From an uncultured Actinomycetota bacterium (lineage in GTDB: Bacteria; Actinomycetota; Actinomycetes; S36-B12; UBA10799), in NCBI GenBank assembly GCA_963704075.1, contig CAVPGV010000013.1, positions 17,481 to 81,480 on the forward strand: a stretch of DNA of 64,000 nucleotides. The letters run 5' to 3'. The translations under genes and the position numbers were made by a program. Shown here in pieces: positions 30,689 to 40,549 of this stretch (within the stretch, counting starts at the first letter, position 1; every line of letters begins with the position of its first letter). The notes beneath the pieces are model-generated. The model was not told where the DNA came from. It was given only the letters and a program-made list of their open reading frames with translations, and made no database searches.

Positions 30689-33361
30689 ATGGAGTCAGCC
30701 GAAATCCGACGTCGGTTCCTCGCGTTCTTCGAAGAGCGCGGTCACACCGTGGTGCCTAGCGCCTCGTTGCTGCTCAACGACCCCACCCTGCTGTTCGTCA
30801 ACGCAGGGATGGTGCCGTTCAAGCCGTACTTCCTCGGTGAGGCGGTGCCGCCTTACCAGCGGGCGGCCAGCGTCCAGAAGGTCGTGCGCACACTCGACAT
30901 CGAAGAGGTCGGCAAGACGACCCGGCACGCATCGTTCTTCCAGATGTGCGGCAACTTCTCGTTCGGTGACTACTTCAAGGAACTCGCGATCCCGATGGCC
31001 TGGGACCTGCTCACCAAACCTGTCCACGAGGGGGGCTACGGCTTCCCCGAGGACAAACTGTGGGTCACCGTCTACGAGGACGACGATGAGGCCGCCCGCC
31101 TGTGGCAGGAGATCGTCGGACTGCCCGCCGAACGCATCCAGCGCCGAGGGATGGTCGACAACTTCTGGTCGATGGGTGTGCCCGGCCCGTGCGGGCCCTG
31201 TAGTGAGATCTACTACGACCGCGGGCCTGAGTACGGCCGCGAAGGCGGTCCGGTGGTCGACGAGGAGCGCTACCTCGAGGTGTGGAATCTGGTGTTCATG
31301 CAGTTCGAACGTGGGGAGGGCCCCGGCAAGGAGGGTTTCCCGATCCTCGGTGAGCTGCCGAACAAGAGCATCGACACCGGCCTGGGCCTCGAGCGGATGG
31401 CCGCGATCCTGCAGGGTGTCGACAACATCTACGAGATCGACACGACCCGTCAGACCATCGACACCGCGGTGCGGATCACGGGGCGTCCCTATGGCCGCGA
31501 CCACGCCGACGACGTCGCCCTGCGGGTCGTGGCCGATCACTCCCGCACGTGTGCGTTCCTGATCTCCGATGGGGTGCTGCCCGGCAATGAGGGGCGCGGC
31601 TACGTCCTGCGGCGGCTTCTGCGCCGGGTGGTGTTCAACATGCGCCTGCTCGGAGCCCACGAACCCACTATGGGCGAGCTGATCGGCAGTGTGATCACCT
31701 CGATGTCGCCGCAGTACCCGAGTCTGCTGTCCGACGCCGGTCGGATCACGACCATCGCCGTGTCCGAGGAGGAAGCCTTCCGGCAGACCCTGCGCAGCGG
31801 CACCACGGTCTTCGACAATGCGGTGGCCGCCACCAAGTCCCGGGGCACCACAACGCTGTCTGGGGCGGACGCCTTCGCCTTGCACGACACGTACGGCTTT
31901 CCCATCGACTTGACGCTCGAACTGGCCGCCGAACAGGGCCTGCAGGTGGACCGCGACGGCTTCGCCGAGCTCATGACCGAGCAGCGTCAACGAGCCAAGG
32001 CCGATGCCGTCGCCCGGAAGGCCGGCGTCACACCACTGACGGCCTACCGCGAGGTCATGGAAGCCGCCGGGCAGACCGAGTTCACCGGTTACGACCAGTG
32101 GGAGTCCGAGGCCCGGGTGAAGGGTCTCCTGCGCGATGGCGAGACCGTCACATCCGCGGCAGCGGGACAGACGGTGGAAGTCGTCCTGGACCGCAGTCCC
32201 TTCTATGCCGAAGCGGGTGGGCAACTCGGCGATCACGGCACCATCCGCCTCGACGACGGAACCCTGCTGCACGTGGACGACGTCCAGATGCCGGTGCCCG
32301 GACTGTGGGTACATCGCGCCCGCGTGCTCGAGGGCGAGGCTGCGGTGGGCGCGCCGGCGGTCGGGATCGTCGACGTTGAACGACGTCGGGCCATCTCCCG
32401 GGCGCACACGGCCACGCACATGATCCACAAGACGTTCCGCGAGATGCTGGGCGACACGGCCACCCAGATGGGCTCGGAGAACGCGCCCGGCCGGTTGCGC
32501 TTCGACTTCCCGTACCCGAAGGCGGTGCCGGACTCCGTGCTGCGCGACGCCGAGGAGCGGGTGAACACCTTGCTGCTGGAGGACATGACCGTCTCGGCGC
32601 GCTGGATGACCCAGCCCGAGGCCCTCGAGATGGGCGCCATGGCCCTGTTCGGGGAGAAGTACGGTGACCGCGTCCGGGTGGTCTCCGTCGGTGACTGGGC
32701 GCATGAATTGTGCGGCGGCACCCACGCCCACCGGTCGGGTCAACTCGGCGTCGTGTCCTTCATCTCGGAGGGCTCGATCGGCTCCGGCGTGCGTCGGGTC
32801 GAGGCCCTCGTCGGATCTGACGCGTACTCGTATCTGGCCCGCGAACACCTTCTCGTCTCCGCGTTGAGCACCATGCTCAAGACGCCACGGGAGGACCTCG
32901 TCGACCGGGTGGGCAGCACGGTGGAGAAGCTCAAGAACGCCGAACGGGAACTCGCCCGGCTCAAGCAGCAGACGATGATGAGCAACATCGATGCGATCAT
33001 CGGCGAAGGCCAGCAGATCGGGTCGTTCCAGGTCTGGACCCTGCGGGCACCGGAGGGAACCGACGCCAAGCAACTGCGCGAGATCGCGTTGACCGGCATC
33101 CGCAAAGCGCCCACAGACCTGCCCGCGGCAGTCCTGGCGTCGGCCGTGGTGGACGCCCGGGTGTCGCTGATCGCGACCGTCAATCAAGCTGCGCAGGAGC
33201 GCGGGCTGTTCGCCAACGACCTGCTCAACAGCGCGCTGCCCAGCGTGGAGGGTCGCGGCGGGGGCAAGAAGGATGCCGCTCAAGGGGGAGGGGCGAAGCC
33301 GGAGGGCATCCCGTCGGCGTTCGCCTCCGCGGAAGCGTTCGTGCGGGGACTGCCGGCCTAG
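30689..33361 (+). CDS. alaS: alanine--tRNA ligase
   Basis: 890 aa. FFEERGHTVVPSASL, FVNAGMVPFK, HASFFQMCGNFSFGDYFK, the editing-domain HTATHM..CGGTH motif, and a DHHA1-like C-terminus. Confidence 0.97.
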   Translation: MESAEIRRRFLAFFEERGHTVVPSASLLLNDPTLLFVNAGMVPFKPYFLGEAVPPYQRAASVQKVVRTLDIEEVGKTTRHASFFQMCGNFSFGDYFKELAIPMAWDLLTKPVHEGGYGFPEDKLWVTVYEDDDEAARLWQEIVGLPAERIQRRGMVDNFWSMGVPGPCGPCSEIYYDRGPEYGREGGPVVDEERYLEVWNLVFMQFERGEGPGKEGFPILGELPNKSIDTGLGLERMAAILQGVDNIYEIDTTRQTIDTAVRITGRPYGRDHADDVALRVVADHSRTCAFLISDGVLPGNEGRGYVLRRLLRRVVFNMRLLGAHEPTMGELIGSVITSMSPQYPSLLSDAGRITTIAVSEEEAFRQTLRSGTTVFDNAVAATKSRGTTTLSGADAFALHDTYGFPIDLTLELAAEQGLQVDRDGFAELMTEQRQRAKADAVARKAGVTPLTAYREVMEAAGQTEFTGYDQWESEARVKGLLRDGETVTSAAAGQTVEVVLDRSPFYAEAGGQLGDHGTIRLDDGTLLHVDDVQMPVPGLWVHRARVLEGEAAVGAPAVGIVDVERRRAISRAHTATHMIHKTFREMLGDTATQMGSENAPGRLRFDFPYPKAVPDSVLRDAEERVNTLLLEDMTVSARWMTQPEALEMGAMALFGEKYGDRVRVVSVGDWAHELCGGTHAHRSGQLGVVSFISEGSIGSGVRRVEALVGSDAYSYLAREHLLVSALSTMLKTPREDLVDRVGSTVEKLKNAERELARLKQQTMMSNIDAIIGEGQQIGSFQVWTLRAPEGTDAKQLREIALTGIRKAPTDLPAAVLASAVVDARVSLIATVNQAAQERGLFANDLLNSALPSVEGRGGGKKDAAQGGGAKPEGIPSAFASAEAFVRGLPA

Positions 33362-33816
33362 TGCGCCCGGGAGTTCGGGTGTGCGTCGACGTCGGCTCGG
33401 TACGGATCGGAGTCGCCCGCAGCGACGCGTCGGGGACCCTGGCCGTTCCCGAACGCACCTTGGACGCACGTGGTAAGTGGCTGGACGAGCTCGTCGCCAT
33501 TGTGCGGGATTACGAGGCGCTGGAGGTCTTGGTCGGCCTGCCCGTCTCATTGGACGGCCGCGAGCATGCCGCCGCGGAGCGCGTGCGGCAGGTGGCCGCC
33601 GACATCGCTGCGGCGGTTCCGGATGTACCACTACGCCTGATCGATGAGAGGCTCACCACGTCCACCGCCCAGATGCAATTGCGTGAGGCCGGACTGTCCC
33701 AGCGCAAGGGTCGGTCGGTAGTTGATCAAGCGGCGGCTGTCATCATGTTGCAGAATACGCTGGACGCTGAACGTGCCACGGGTAGGATCCCGGGGACGCT
33801 GACGAACGGACACTGA
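33361..33816 (+). CDS. ruvX: Holliday junction resolvase-like nuclease RuvX (YqgF)
   Basis: 151 aa; VCVDVGSVRIGVARSD and DERLTT motifs. Confidence 0.9.
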   Translation: MRPGVRVCVDVGSVRIGVARSDASGTLAVPERTLDARGKWLDELVAIVRDYEALEVLVGLPVSLDGREHAAAERVRQVAADIAAAVPDVPLRLIDERLTTSTAQMQLREAGLSQRKGRSVVDQAAAVIMLQNTLDAERATGRIPGTLTNGH

Positions 33817-34913
33817 TGAGCGAACTCGGCTTGCACATGGAGGTCGAACCTCCGCATCGCCCGGACCCCGAGAAACGGGGCCGGGGGCCGCTGATCGCAG
33901 CATTGGTGATCTTCGTCCTCGTGCTTCTGGCGATCGGCGCCTTCTTCTTCAGGGACCAGGTGCTCGGTGCGGCCGCCGACGACTACGCGGGGTCGGGCGG
34001 CGACGAGGTGATCGTGCAGGTGCAAGAGGGGCAGACCCTGTCGGACATCGGCGCGACTCTCAAGGAGAAGGGAGTGGTGGCCAGTGCTCAGTCCTTCATC
34101 ACCGCCGCCAGCGCCAACGAGCAGTCCCAGTCGATCGGTCCGGGCTACTACCGGCTCGCTGAACGGATGAGTGGCCAGGCTGCCCTTGATGCCATGCTGG
34201 ACCCGGCGAATCTCGTCGTATCACGGGTAGTCATTCCAGAGGGTCTGCGTGAGGACCAGGTCGTGAAACGACTGGCCGCCGCAACGGACATCTCAGCGGC
34301 CAAGTTCAACCGGGCCATCAGGAATGCCGACGAACTCGGGCTTCCCAAGTTCGCCAAGGGCAATGCGGAGGGGTTCCTATTCCCTGCCACCTACGAGTTT
34401 CCACCGGGGTCCAGTGCCCGCGACATCGTCGGCGCGATGATCACGCGGTTCAACGAGGCGGCGGACTCACTGAACTTCGTGAAGGCGTCGAAGAAGACCG
34501 GTTACTCGCCCCACGAGGTCATGGTGATCGCGAGCCTCGTGCAGGCCGAGGGGCATCCCGACGACTACGGGATGGTCTCCCGAGTCATCTACAACCGCTT
34601 GGCCGCGGGCATGCCGCTGCAACTTGACGCCACTGTGAACTACGTCCTGAAGAAGTCCGAGATCAACCTCTCGCCCGACCAGATCGCCACGTCGTCGCCC
34701 TACAACACCTACGAGAACACTGGTCTGCCGCCCACACCGATCAACCAGCCAGGTGAAGCGGCCATGCAAGCGGCGCTGACCCCGGATGAAGGGGACTGGG
34801 TGTACTTCGTGTCGGTGAACCCGGATACCGGCGAAACGAAATTCACCGCCGACTACGACGAGTTCTTGAAGTTCAAGGCCGAGTTCGAGAGATACGTGGC
34901 GGAGAACCAGTGA
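33816..34913 (+). CDS. mltG: endolytic peptidoglycan transglycosylase MltG (YceG family)
   Basis: N-terminal TM helix plus YceG-type motifs (EGFLFPATYEF, ASLVQAEG, SPYNTYENTGLPPTPINQPG). Confidence 0.92.
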   Translation: MSELGLHMEVEPPHRPDPEKRGRGPLIAALVIFVLVLLAIGAFFFRDQVLGAAADDYAGSGGDEVIVQVQEGQTLSDIGATLKEKGVVASAQSFITAASANEQSQSIGPGYYRLAERMSGQAALDAMLDPANLVVSRVVIPEGLREDQVVKRLAAATDISAAKFNRAIRNADELGLPKFAKGNAEGFLFPATYEFPPGSSARDIVGAMITRFNEAADSLNFVKASKKTGYSPHEVMVIASLVQAEGHPDDYGMVSRVIYNRLAAGMPLQLDATVNYVLKKSEINLSPDQIATSSPYNTYENTGLPPTPINQPGEAAMQAALTPDEGDWVYFVSVNPDTGETKFTADYDEFLKFKAEFERYVAENQ

Positions 34914-35713
34914 CCCGACGGGCTGCGGTGGTCGGGTCCCCGATCGCGCACAGCCTGTCGCCGGCGTTGCACCGGGCGGCCTATCAAGCGTTGGGCCTGG
35001 ATTGGACATACGACCGCCACGAGGTTGTCGCCGAGGACCTCCCGTCTTTCGTCGACGGACTCGACGACTCGTGGGCGGGTCTCTCGCTGACGATGCCGTT
35101 GAAGCAGGCAGTCCTGCGACTGGCGCAGGAGGTCAGTTGGACCGCGCGGGTGACGAACTCGGCGAACACCCTTCTGTTGCCGCAACGACAGGCCTTCAAC
35201 ACTGATGTCGAGGGCGTCGCAACGGCCCTGCGGCGGGCTGGCTTCTCCCACCATGGGGGATTCGACGCGACCGTCGTCGGGGCCGGTGCCACCGCACGGT
35301 CCGCGGCGGCCGCAGTCCAGCAACTGGGCGCTGCTCGGGTGGACGTTCTCGCCCGGCGCCCGGAACGGGCTGGTGAAATGCGCGAGACCGCTGAGTTGAT
35401 CGGAATCGAACTGCACGTGCACCGGTGGGGAGAGCCGGCATATCTGCGGGCACCGCTGGTGGTCTCGACGGTACCGGCCGGGGCGGCCGACACCCTGGTA
35501 CCTGACCTTCCCGCGGAACCCGGCTGGCTTCTGGACGTTGTGTACTATCCGTGGCCCACCGCTCTGGCGGGTTCGTGGCAGGCCAAAGGCGGCAGGATCG
35601 TCTCAGGCCGCGAAATGCTGCTGGCCCAGGCCGAACGGCAAGTTGAACTCATGACAGGTCTGCCCGCTCCGACAGCGGCCATGCGGGCGGCGCTGCCCAC
35701 AACGCACGTCTAG
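34910..35713 (+). CDS. aroE: shikimate dehydrogenase
   Basis: 267 aa. VVGSPIAHSLSPALHRAAY, LSLTMPLK and NTD motifs, plus a VVGAGATARS Rossmann loop. Confidence 0.9.
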   Translation: MTRRAAVVGSPIAHSLSPALHRAAYQALGLDWTYDRHEVVAEDLPSFVDGLDDSWAGLSLTMPLKQAVLRLAQEVSWTARVTNSANTLLLPQRQAFNTDVEGVATALRRAGFSHHGGFDATVVGAGATARSAAAAVQQLGAARVDVLARRPERAGEMRETAELIGIELHVHRWGEPAYLRAPLVVSTVPAGAADTLVPDLPAEPGWLLDVVYYPWPTALAGSWQAKGGRIVSGREMLLAQAERQVELMTGLPAPTAAMRAALPTTHV

Positions 35714-35764
35714 GTGCGCCGATCGGCCATACTCGGTATCAGTCGAGGTGAAAGGACCCCGTTG

Positions 35765-36688
35765 ATGGCTGATATTGAGGTTCCCCATCCAGGTGCCTCC
35801 GATATCGTCGGGCGCCTGCTCAGTGACGCGCTGCGGGAGCACCCTGATGTGCAGTGGCTCGGACTGGTGTCCGAGGACGGCTTCGCGATCGCGTCCGAGG
35901 GGGAGGTGTCGGTCGACGACGATGCGGTGGCCGCCGGGGCGGTCCGGATGATGATCCAGGTCCGCGCCATGTCCAAGGCCCTCGGGCAGGCCGGTGCCTC
36001 GCAGATGTTCCTGGAGGGCAGCGACAGCGGGATCTGTGTGATCGACAAGGACCCATGGGTGCTTGTCGTCGTGGGAGCTCCGGGAGTTCCCATCGGGCTC
36101 TTGCGCTACGAGGCCCGCGAGATCGCTGAGGCCTTCCCGATGGGGCAGCGCCCGGCACTGACCGCATCACCGGAGTCCTCGGAGGACGAGGAGTCCGAGC
36201 CCGATGTCCAACCCGATTGGGCGGTGGTCAGCACCGGGACATTCCTGGCCGACGAGTTCGGGGAGGAACCGTCGGAGGATCAAGCTGATCAGGTCGCCGA
36301 CGAGGCGGTCGTGACCGAACCGGACGGCACCCCCGAGATCCGCTGGGCCGACGAGCCCACCATTTCCGATGCTGGTTTCGGTGATGACTTCCTCAGCGGG
36401 GACTCCGCTGCCTTCGCCGCGCCGGATTCCGACGTGGAGGAGCAACCGGCGCCCGACGATTTCGCGGACTGGACCTCTTCGGCGCCCGCCGCCGGGGCCG
36501 GCGATTCCATGTTCGACCTGCCACCACCTGCGCCTGATGTCCCGGTGTCCTTCGAGATGCCCGGCCCGATCGACGACGTGGTGGCCGGCGCTCTGGACGA
36601 CTTGTCAGATCTGGCAGCACCGACGGGGGACCCGATCGACCTGCCGCCGCCCATGGGTCCCGCTTTCGAACTGCCACCTCCCGAGTAG
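35765..36688 (+). CDS. Roadblock/LC7 (MglB-like) domain protein with long acidic Pro-rich C-terminal tail
   Basis: The N-terminal ~125 aa fit the Roadblock/LC7 pattern (HPDVQWLGLVSEDGFAIASEG...MFLEGSDSGICVIDKDPWVLVVVGAPGVPIGLLRYEAREIAEAF). The remaining ~180 aa are D/E/P-rich with three (F/I)(D/E)LPPP motifs. An alternative GTG start lies at 35714. Confidence 0.7.
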   Translation: MADIEVPHPGASDIVGRLLSDALREHPDVQWLGLVSEDGFAIASEGEVSVDDDAVAAGAVRMMIQVRAMSKALGQAGASQMFLEGSDSGICVIDKDPWVLVVVGAPGVPIGLLRYEAREIAEAFPMGQRPALTASPESSEDEESEPDVQPDWAVVSTGTFLADEFGEEPSEDQADQVADEAVVTEPDGTPEIRWADEPTISDAGFGDDFLSGDSAAFAAPDSDVEEQPAPDDFADWTSSAPAAGAGDSMFDLPPPAPDVPVSFEMPGPIDDVVAGALDDLSDLAAPTGDPIDLPPPMGPAFELPPPE

Positions 36689-36694
36689 GCCGGT

Positions 36695-37564
36695 ATGCAA
36701 CTTTCCGGCGCACTCGAGGCCTTCCGGGTCCAGGACGTCCTGGGTCTGGTGGGCCGCAAGCCGGGGCAATGGAAGATCACCCTGGACGGGGGTCCTCGCG
36801 GCCACAGCGCATTCATCGGGCTGCGGGACCGGCAGGTCGTGAGTATCTCCGCGGACTCGTCCCACCAGGATCTGGCGCGGCGGCTGGTGATCGAGGGGGC
36901 CGTCGGAACCACCGGTCTGGCGCAGGCTCTGCGACATGCGAATGAGAACCGGCTTGGGTTGGTGCGGTCTTTGGTCGATAGCGACACCGTGGACCCTGCT
37001 GTCATCCCTGCCACTGTGCGCGCCCACGTGGTGAGTTCGCTGGCATCGCTGACCCATTGGCGCACGGGCACGTTCTCCGTGGACACCGTGGATGTTCTGC
37101 CCGACGACGTCGAGGTCGCTTTCCCGCTGGCAGAACTCAGCGCCGACGTCGTGCAGTTGCTCCAGCGCTGGCGCCCGGCCGCCGACCTGCTCGGGGGGCC
37201 GGCGACTGTGATCGGCGCATACCCGGGTACGGTCCCTGGCCGATTGCGCGGGTTGCACTCCTTGATCGACGGACATCGGACCGTCGCGGAACTCACCGAA
37301 GCATCCGGCCACGGGGAGATCGGCACGGTGGTCGACCTGGCCGATCTGATCGAAGCGCGATGTGCTGTGCCGCTCACCGGCCAGATGGGCGCCGTCGAGC
37401 AGCGCCTGGCCATGCTGGCCGCGCTCGAGCGGCCCAGTGAGGCCGAACAGGGCCGTTCATCCCAGCCGACTCTGTCGGTCATTCCCGGTGGCGCTTCGCA
37501 GCCCGAACCGGTGGACGAGGACGACCTGCTTGCGACCATGCTGAAGGGGGTGCGCGGAGTATGA
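36695..37564 (+). CDS. DUF4388 (PATAN) domain protein
   Basis: The N-terminus MQLSGALEAFRVQDVLGLVGRKPGQWKITLDG..AFIGLRDRQVVSI matches the DUF4388/PATAN pattern (L.G.L..F.L.DVL.L......G.L.L). Its stop overlaps the pilB start (ATGA). Confidence 0.65.
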   Translation: MQLSGALEAFRVQDVLGLVGRKPGQWKITLDGGPRGHSAFIGLRDRQVVSISADSSHQDLARRLVIEGAVGTTGLAQALRHANENRLGLVRSLVDSDTVDPAVIPATVRAHVVSSLASLTHWRTGTFSVDTVDVLPDDVEVAFPLAELSADVVQLLQRWRPAADLLGGPATVIGAYPGTVPGRLRGLHSLIDGHRTVAELTEASGHGEIGTVVDLADLIEARCAVPLTGQMGAVEQRLAMLAALERPSEAEQGRSSQPTLSVIPGGASQPEPVDEDDLLATMLKGVRGV

Positions 37565-39227
37565 AGCAACTCGGCGACATCCTGGTGACGCAAGGCCTGA
37601 TCAGCACCGATCAACTGGAGAAAGCACTGCTCGAGCAGCGCAACGCCGGGCATTCGCTCGGGAGGGTGCTGATCGACTTGGGCATGCTCACGGAGTCGCA
37701 AGTCGTGCAGGCGCTGGCCGCCCAGATCGGGATGCGTTTCGTCGACCTCACCGAGATCACGATGGACGGGGCCGCCCTGACGAAGGTGCCCGGATCTGTC
37801 TGCCGGCGCCACAGTGCCATCCCGATCGGTTTCGAGAACGGCCGTCTGGTGGTGGCCATGAGCGACCCCGCGAACGTGTTCGCGATCGACGACATCCGGT
37901 CGGCCAGCGGTATGACCGTGCAGGCGGTGGTCGCCACCCGCACCGACGTGCAGGCCGCTCTGGACCGGCACTATCGGGCGGACGGGGAGCTGGACGAACT
38001 CACGACGGCTCTGGATGCCGACGAGGAGGACGAAGACCTCGCGTCCATCAAAGAGGTCGTCGAGGACGCCCCGATCGTCAAGTTCGTGAACCTGCTGATC
38101 ACGCAGGGTATCCAGGACCGGGCCTCCGACATCCATCTGGAACCCACCGAGCATGACGTCCGCGTCCGCTTCCGGATCGACGGCGTTCTGCACGAGGTGA
38201 TGCGCTCGCCGAAGTCGATCCAGTCCGGGGTGATCAGCCGATTGAAGATCATGGCCGACATCAACATCGCGGAACGTCGCATACCGCAGGACGGCCGGCT
38301 GAGCGTATCCGCCAACGGTCAGAAGGTGGACCTGCGGGTGGCCACGTTGCCGACCGTGTGGGGCGAGAAGATGGTCCTGCGAATCCTGGACAACTCCACG
38401 GCCATGCTCGACCTGGCCGATCTCGGATTCCGGGATGTCAACTACGAGCGCTACTCGGCCAGTTTCGGCAAGCCCTACGGGATGATCCTGGTCGTCGGTC
38501 CCACCGGATCGGGGAAGTCCACCACGCTCTACGCGACGGTGAACATCCTCAACCGACCGGAGGTGAACATCATCACGGTCGAGGACCCGGTGGAGTACCG
38601 GCTGCCCGGGGTCAATCAGGTGCAGACGCACTCGAAGGCGGGATTGACGTTCGCAGCGGCGCTGCGTTCCATCCTGCGCTCCGACCCGGACATCGTCCTG
38701 ATCGGAGAGGTCCGTGACCACGAGACCGCCCAGATCGCGGTGGAGTCGGCCCTCACCGGGCACCTTGTGCTGACCACGCTTGCACACCAACGACGCCCCC
38801 AGCGCCATCACGCGATTGATCGAAATGGGGATCGAGCCCTTCCTCGTCGGATCGGCACTGGACTGTGTGCTCGCCCAGCGGTTGTGCCGCAGGCTGTGCC
38901 CGAAGTGCAAGGAGGCCTACCAGCCGTCCGCGGCGGCGCTTGAAGTCCGCCGGGATTCACCTCGAACCCGGTCAGGAAGTGCCGCGCATCTACCGGGCGG
39001 TCGGGTGTTCGGTGTGTTCACGGACCGGGTACAAGGGTCGGGTGGCCCTGCACGAGGTGTTGCCGATCACCGAACGGATCGAACGGTTGGCCGTGGAGCG
39101 GGCCTCGTCGGCGACGATCGCGACCGCTGCCCGGGAAGAGGGCATGCAGACACTGCGTTCCGACGGGCTGGCGAAGGTTCTGGCGGGTGTGACGAGTTTG
39201 GACGAGGTTCTGCGGGTGGTTGTGTAG
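37561..39227 (+). pseudogene. pilB: type IV pilus assembly ATPase PilB (GspE family), two +1 frame interruptions as assembled
   Basis: T2SSE_N/MshEN-like N-terminus, Walker A GPTGSGKST, Asp box and Walker B (DPDIVLIGEVRD). Pieces HLVLTTL | [53 protein letters not shown] | [25 protein letters not shown] join across shifts near 38781 and 38941. Both shifts read as CTG becoming CTTG. Confidence 0.88.
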
Positions 39228-39403
39228 GCGGGTTCACCCGGTTCCGCACCTCGACCGTTGCACGGTTGTCGATTCCTCGTCCTCAGAACCAGCAACGCCG
39301 CAACACTCGGCCACGAAACCGTTTGCGAGGACCTCAAGCCGAGCGGCGCGCTCAAGGAATCGGTCACGACTGCCGACATCGACCATGAGTCGCCGCGGAA
39401 GGA

Positions 39404-40549
39404 TTGTCGATGTCGGTACAGAACATGCCACCACCGACCGCACCGGCGCGGCCGACGACCGAGCAGCACATCCGGGCAACCGACATCAGCCTCGTGCAGG
39501 CACTAGAGGCGATGTTGGCACTTGAGGCCAGCGACCTGCACTTGACGGTGGGGGCACCCCCCACGGTCCGGGTCGCCGGTAATCTCCAGTCGCTCGAGGG
39601 GGCGCCTGTCCTCGACAGTCCGTCGTTGCAGCGAGTCCTCTACGCGATGCTCACGCAACAACAACGTGAGGTCTTCGAACAGAGGCTGGAGTTGGACTTC
39701 TCCTACGCCCTGCCGGGCCGGGCGCGCTTTCGAGTCAACATGTACAAGCAGCGGGAATCGGTGGGTGCGGCTTTCCGGGTGATCCCCTTCGACATCAAGA
39801 GCCTTGAGTCCCTGGGCATTCCGCCCGTTGTGGGCTCCTTCGCGTCTCTGCCCCGAGGGTTCGTCCTCGTCACCGGCCCGACTGGATCGGGCAAGAGCAC
39901 GACTCTCGCCTCGCTCATCGATATCGCCAACACTCAAAGACACGACCACATCATGACGGTCGAGGACCCGATCGAGTTCCTGCATCGTCACCGGAGTTGC
40001 CTTGTCAACCAAAGGGAGGTCGGAACCGATACACATTCCTTCGCCGAAGCGCTTAAGCACGTGCTACGTCAGGACCCCGACATCATCCTCGTCGGCGAGA
40101 TGCGAGACCTGGAGACCATTCAGGTGGCGCTGACCGCCGCCGAGACTGGTCACTTGGTCTTTGCGACGTTGCACACGCAGGACGCCGCGCAGACCGTCGA
40201 CCGGATCATCGATGTCTTTCCTCCTCATCAGCAGCAACAGATCCGGCAGCAGGTTGCAGGGACGCTACAGGGAATCGTCTGTCAGACCCTCTGCAAGACC
40301 TCGGACGGCAAGAGTCGAGTCGCCGCCGCCGAGGTCCTGGTCGCCACCCCTGCGATCCGCAACTTGATCCGTGAGGGAAAGACGCACCAGATCTACTCGT
40401 CGATGCAGGCAGGAGCCCAGTTCGGAATGCAGACCATGGACCAACATCTTGCCGAACTCCTGCGTATGCGCAAGATCACCTTCGAGACCGGTGTCGAGAA
40501 GTGTCATCACGTCGAGGACTTCACGCGTCTCGCAGGGAGGTCACGATGA
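39404..40549 (+). CDS. pilT: type IV pilus retraction ATPase PilT
   Basis: 381 aa. ASDLHLTVGAPP, Walker A GPTGSGKSTT, the HRHRSCLVNQREVG region, DPDIILVGEMRD, GHLVFATLHT and AIRNLIREGK (the PilT-specific motif). Confidence 0.92.
   Translation: MSMSVQNMPPPTAPARPTTEQHIRATDISLVQALEAMLALEASDLHLTVGAPPTVRVAGNLQSLEGAPVLDSPSLQRVLYAMLTQQQREVFEQRLELDFSYALPGRARFRVNMYKQRESVGAAFRVIPFDIKSLESLGIPPVVGSFASLPRGFVLVTGPTGSGKSTTLASLIDIANTQRHDHIMTVEDPIEFLHRHRSCLVNQREVGTDTHSFAEALKHVLRQDPDIILVGEMRDLETIQVALTAAETGHLVFATLHTQDAAQTVDRIIDVFPPHQQQQIRQQVAGTLQGIVCQTLCKTSDGKSRVAAAEVLVATPAIRNLIREGKTHQIYSSMQAGAQFGMQTMDQHLAELLRMRKITFETGVEKCHHVEDFTRLAGRSR

Noticed and set aside
30695-33631. 978-aa ORF on the minus strand
   Set aside because: It is exactly antisense to alaS, which has unmistakable AlaRS motifs. 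The translation is Arg/Pro/Gly-rich nonsense typical of stop-poor antisense frames in high-GC DNA.
36289-38910. 873-aa ORF on the minus strand
   Set aside because: It is antisense to the Roadblock, PATAN and pilB genes and has no recognisable motifs. High-GC antisense artefact.
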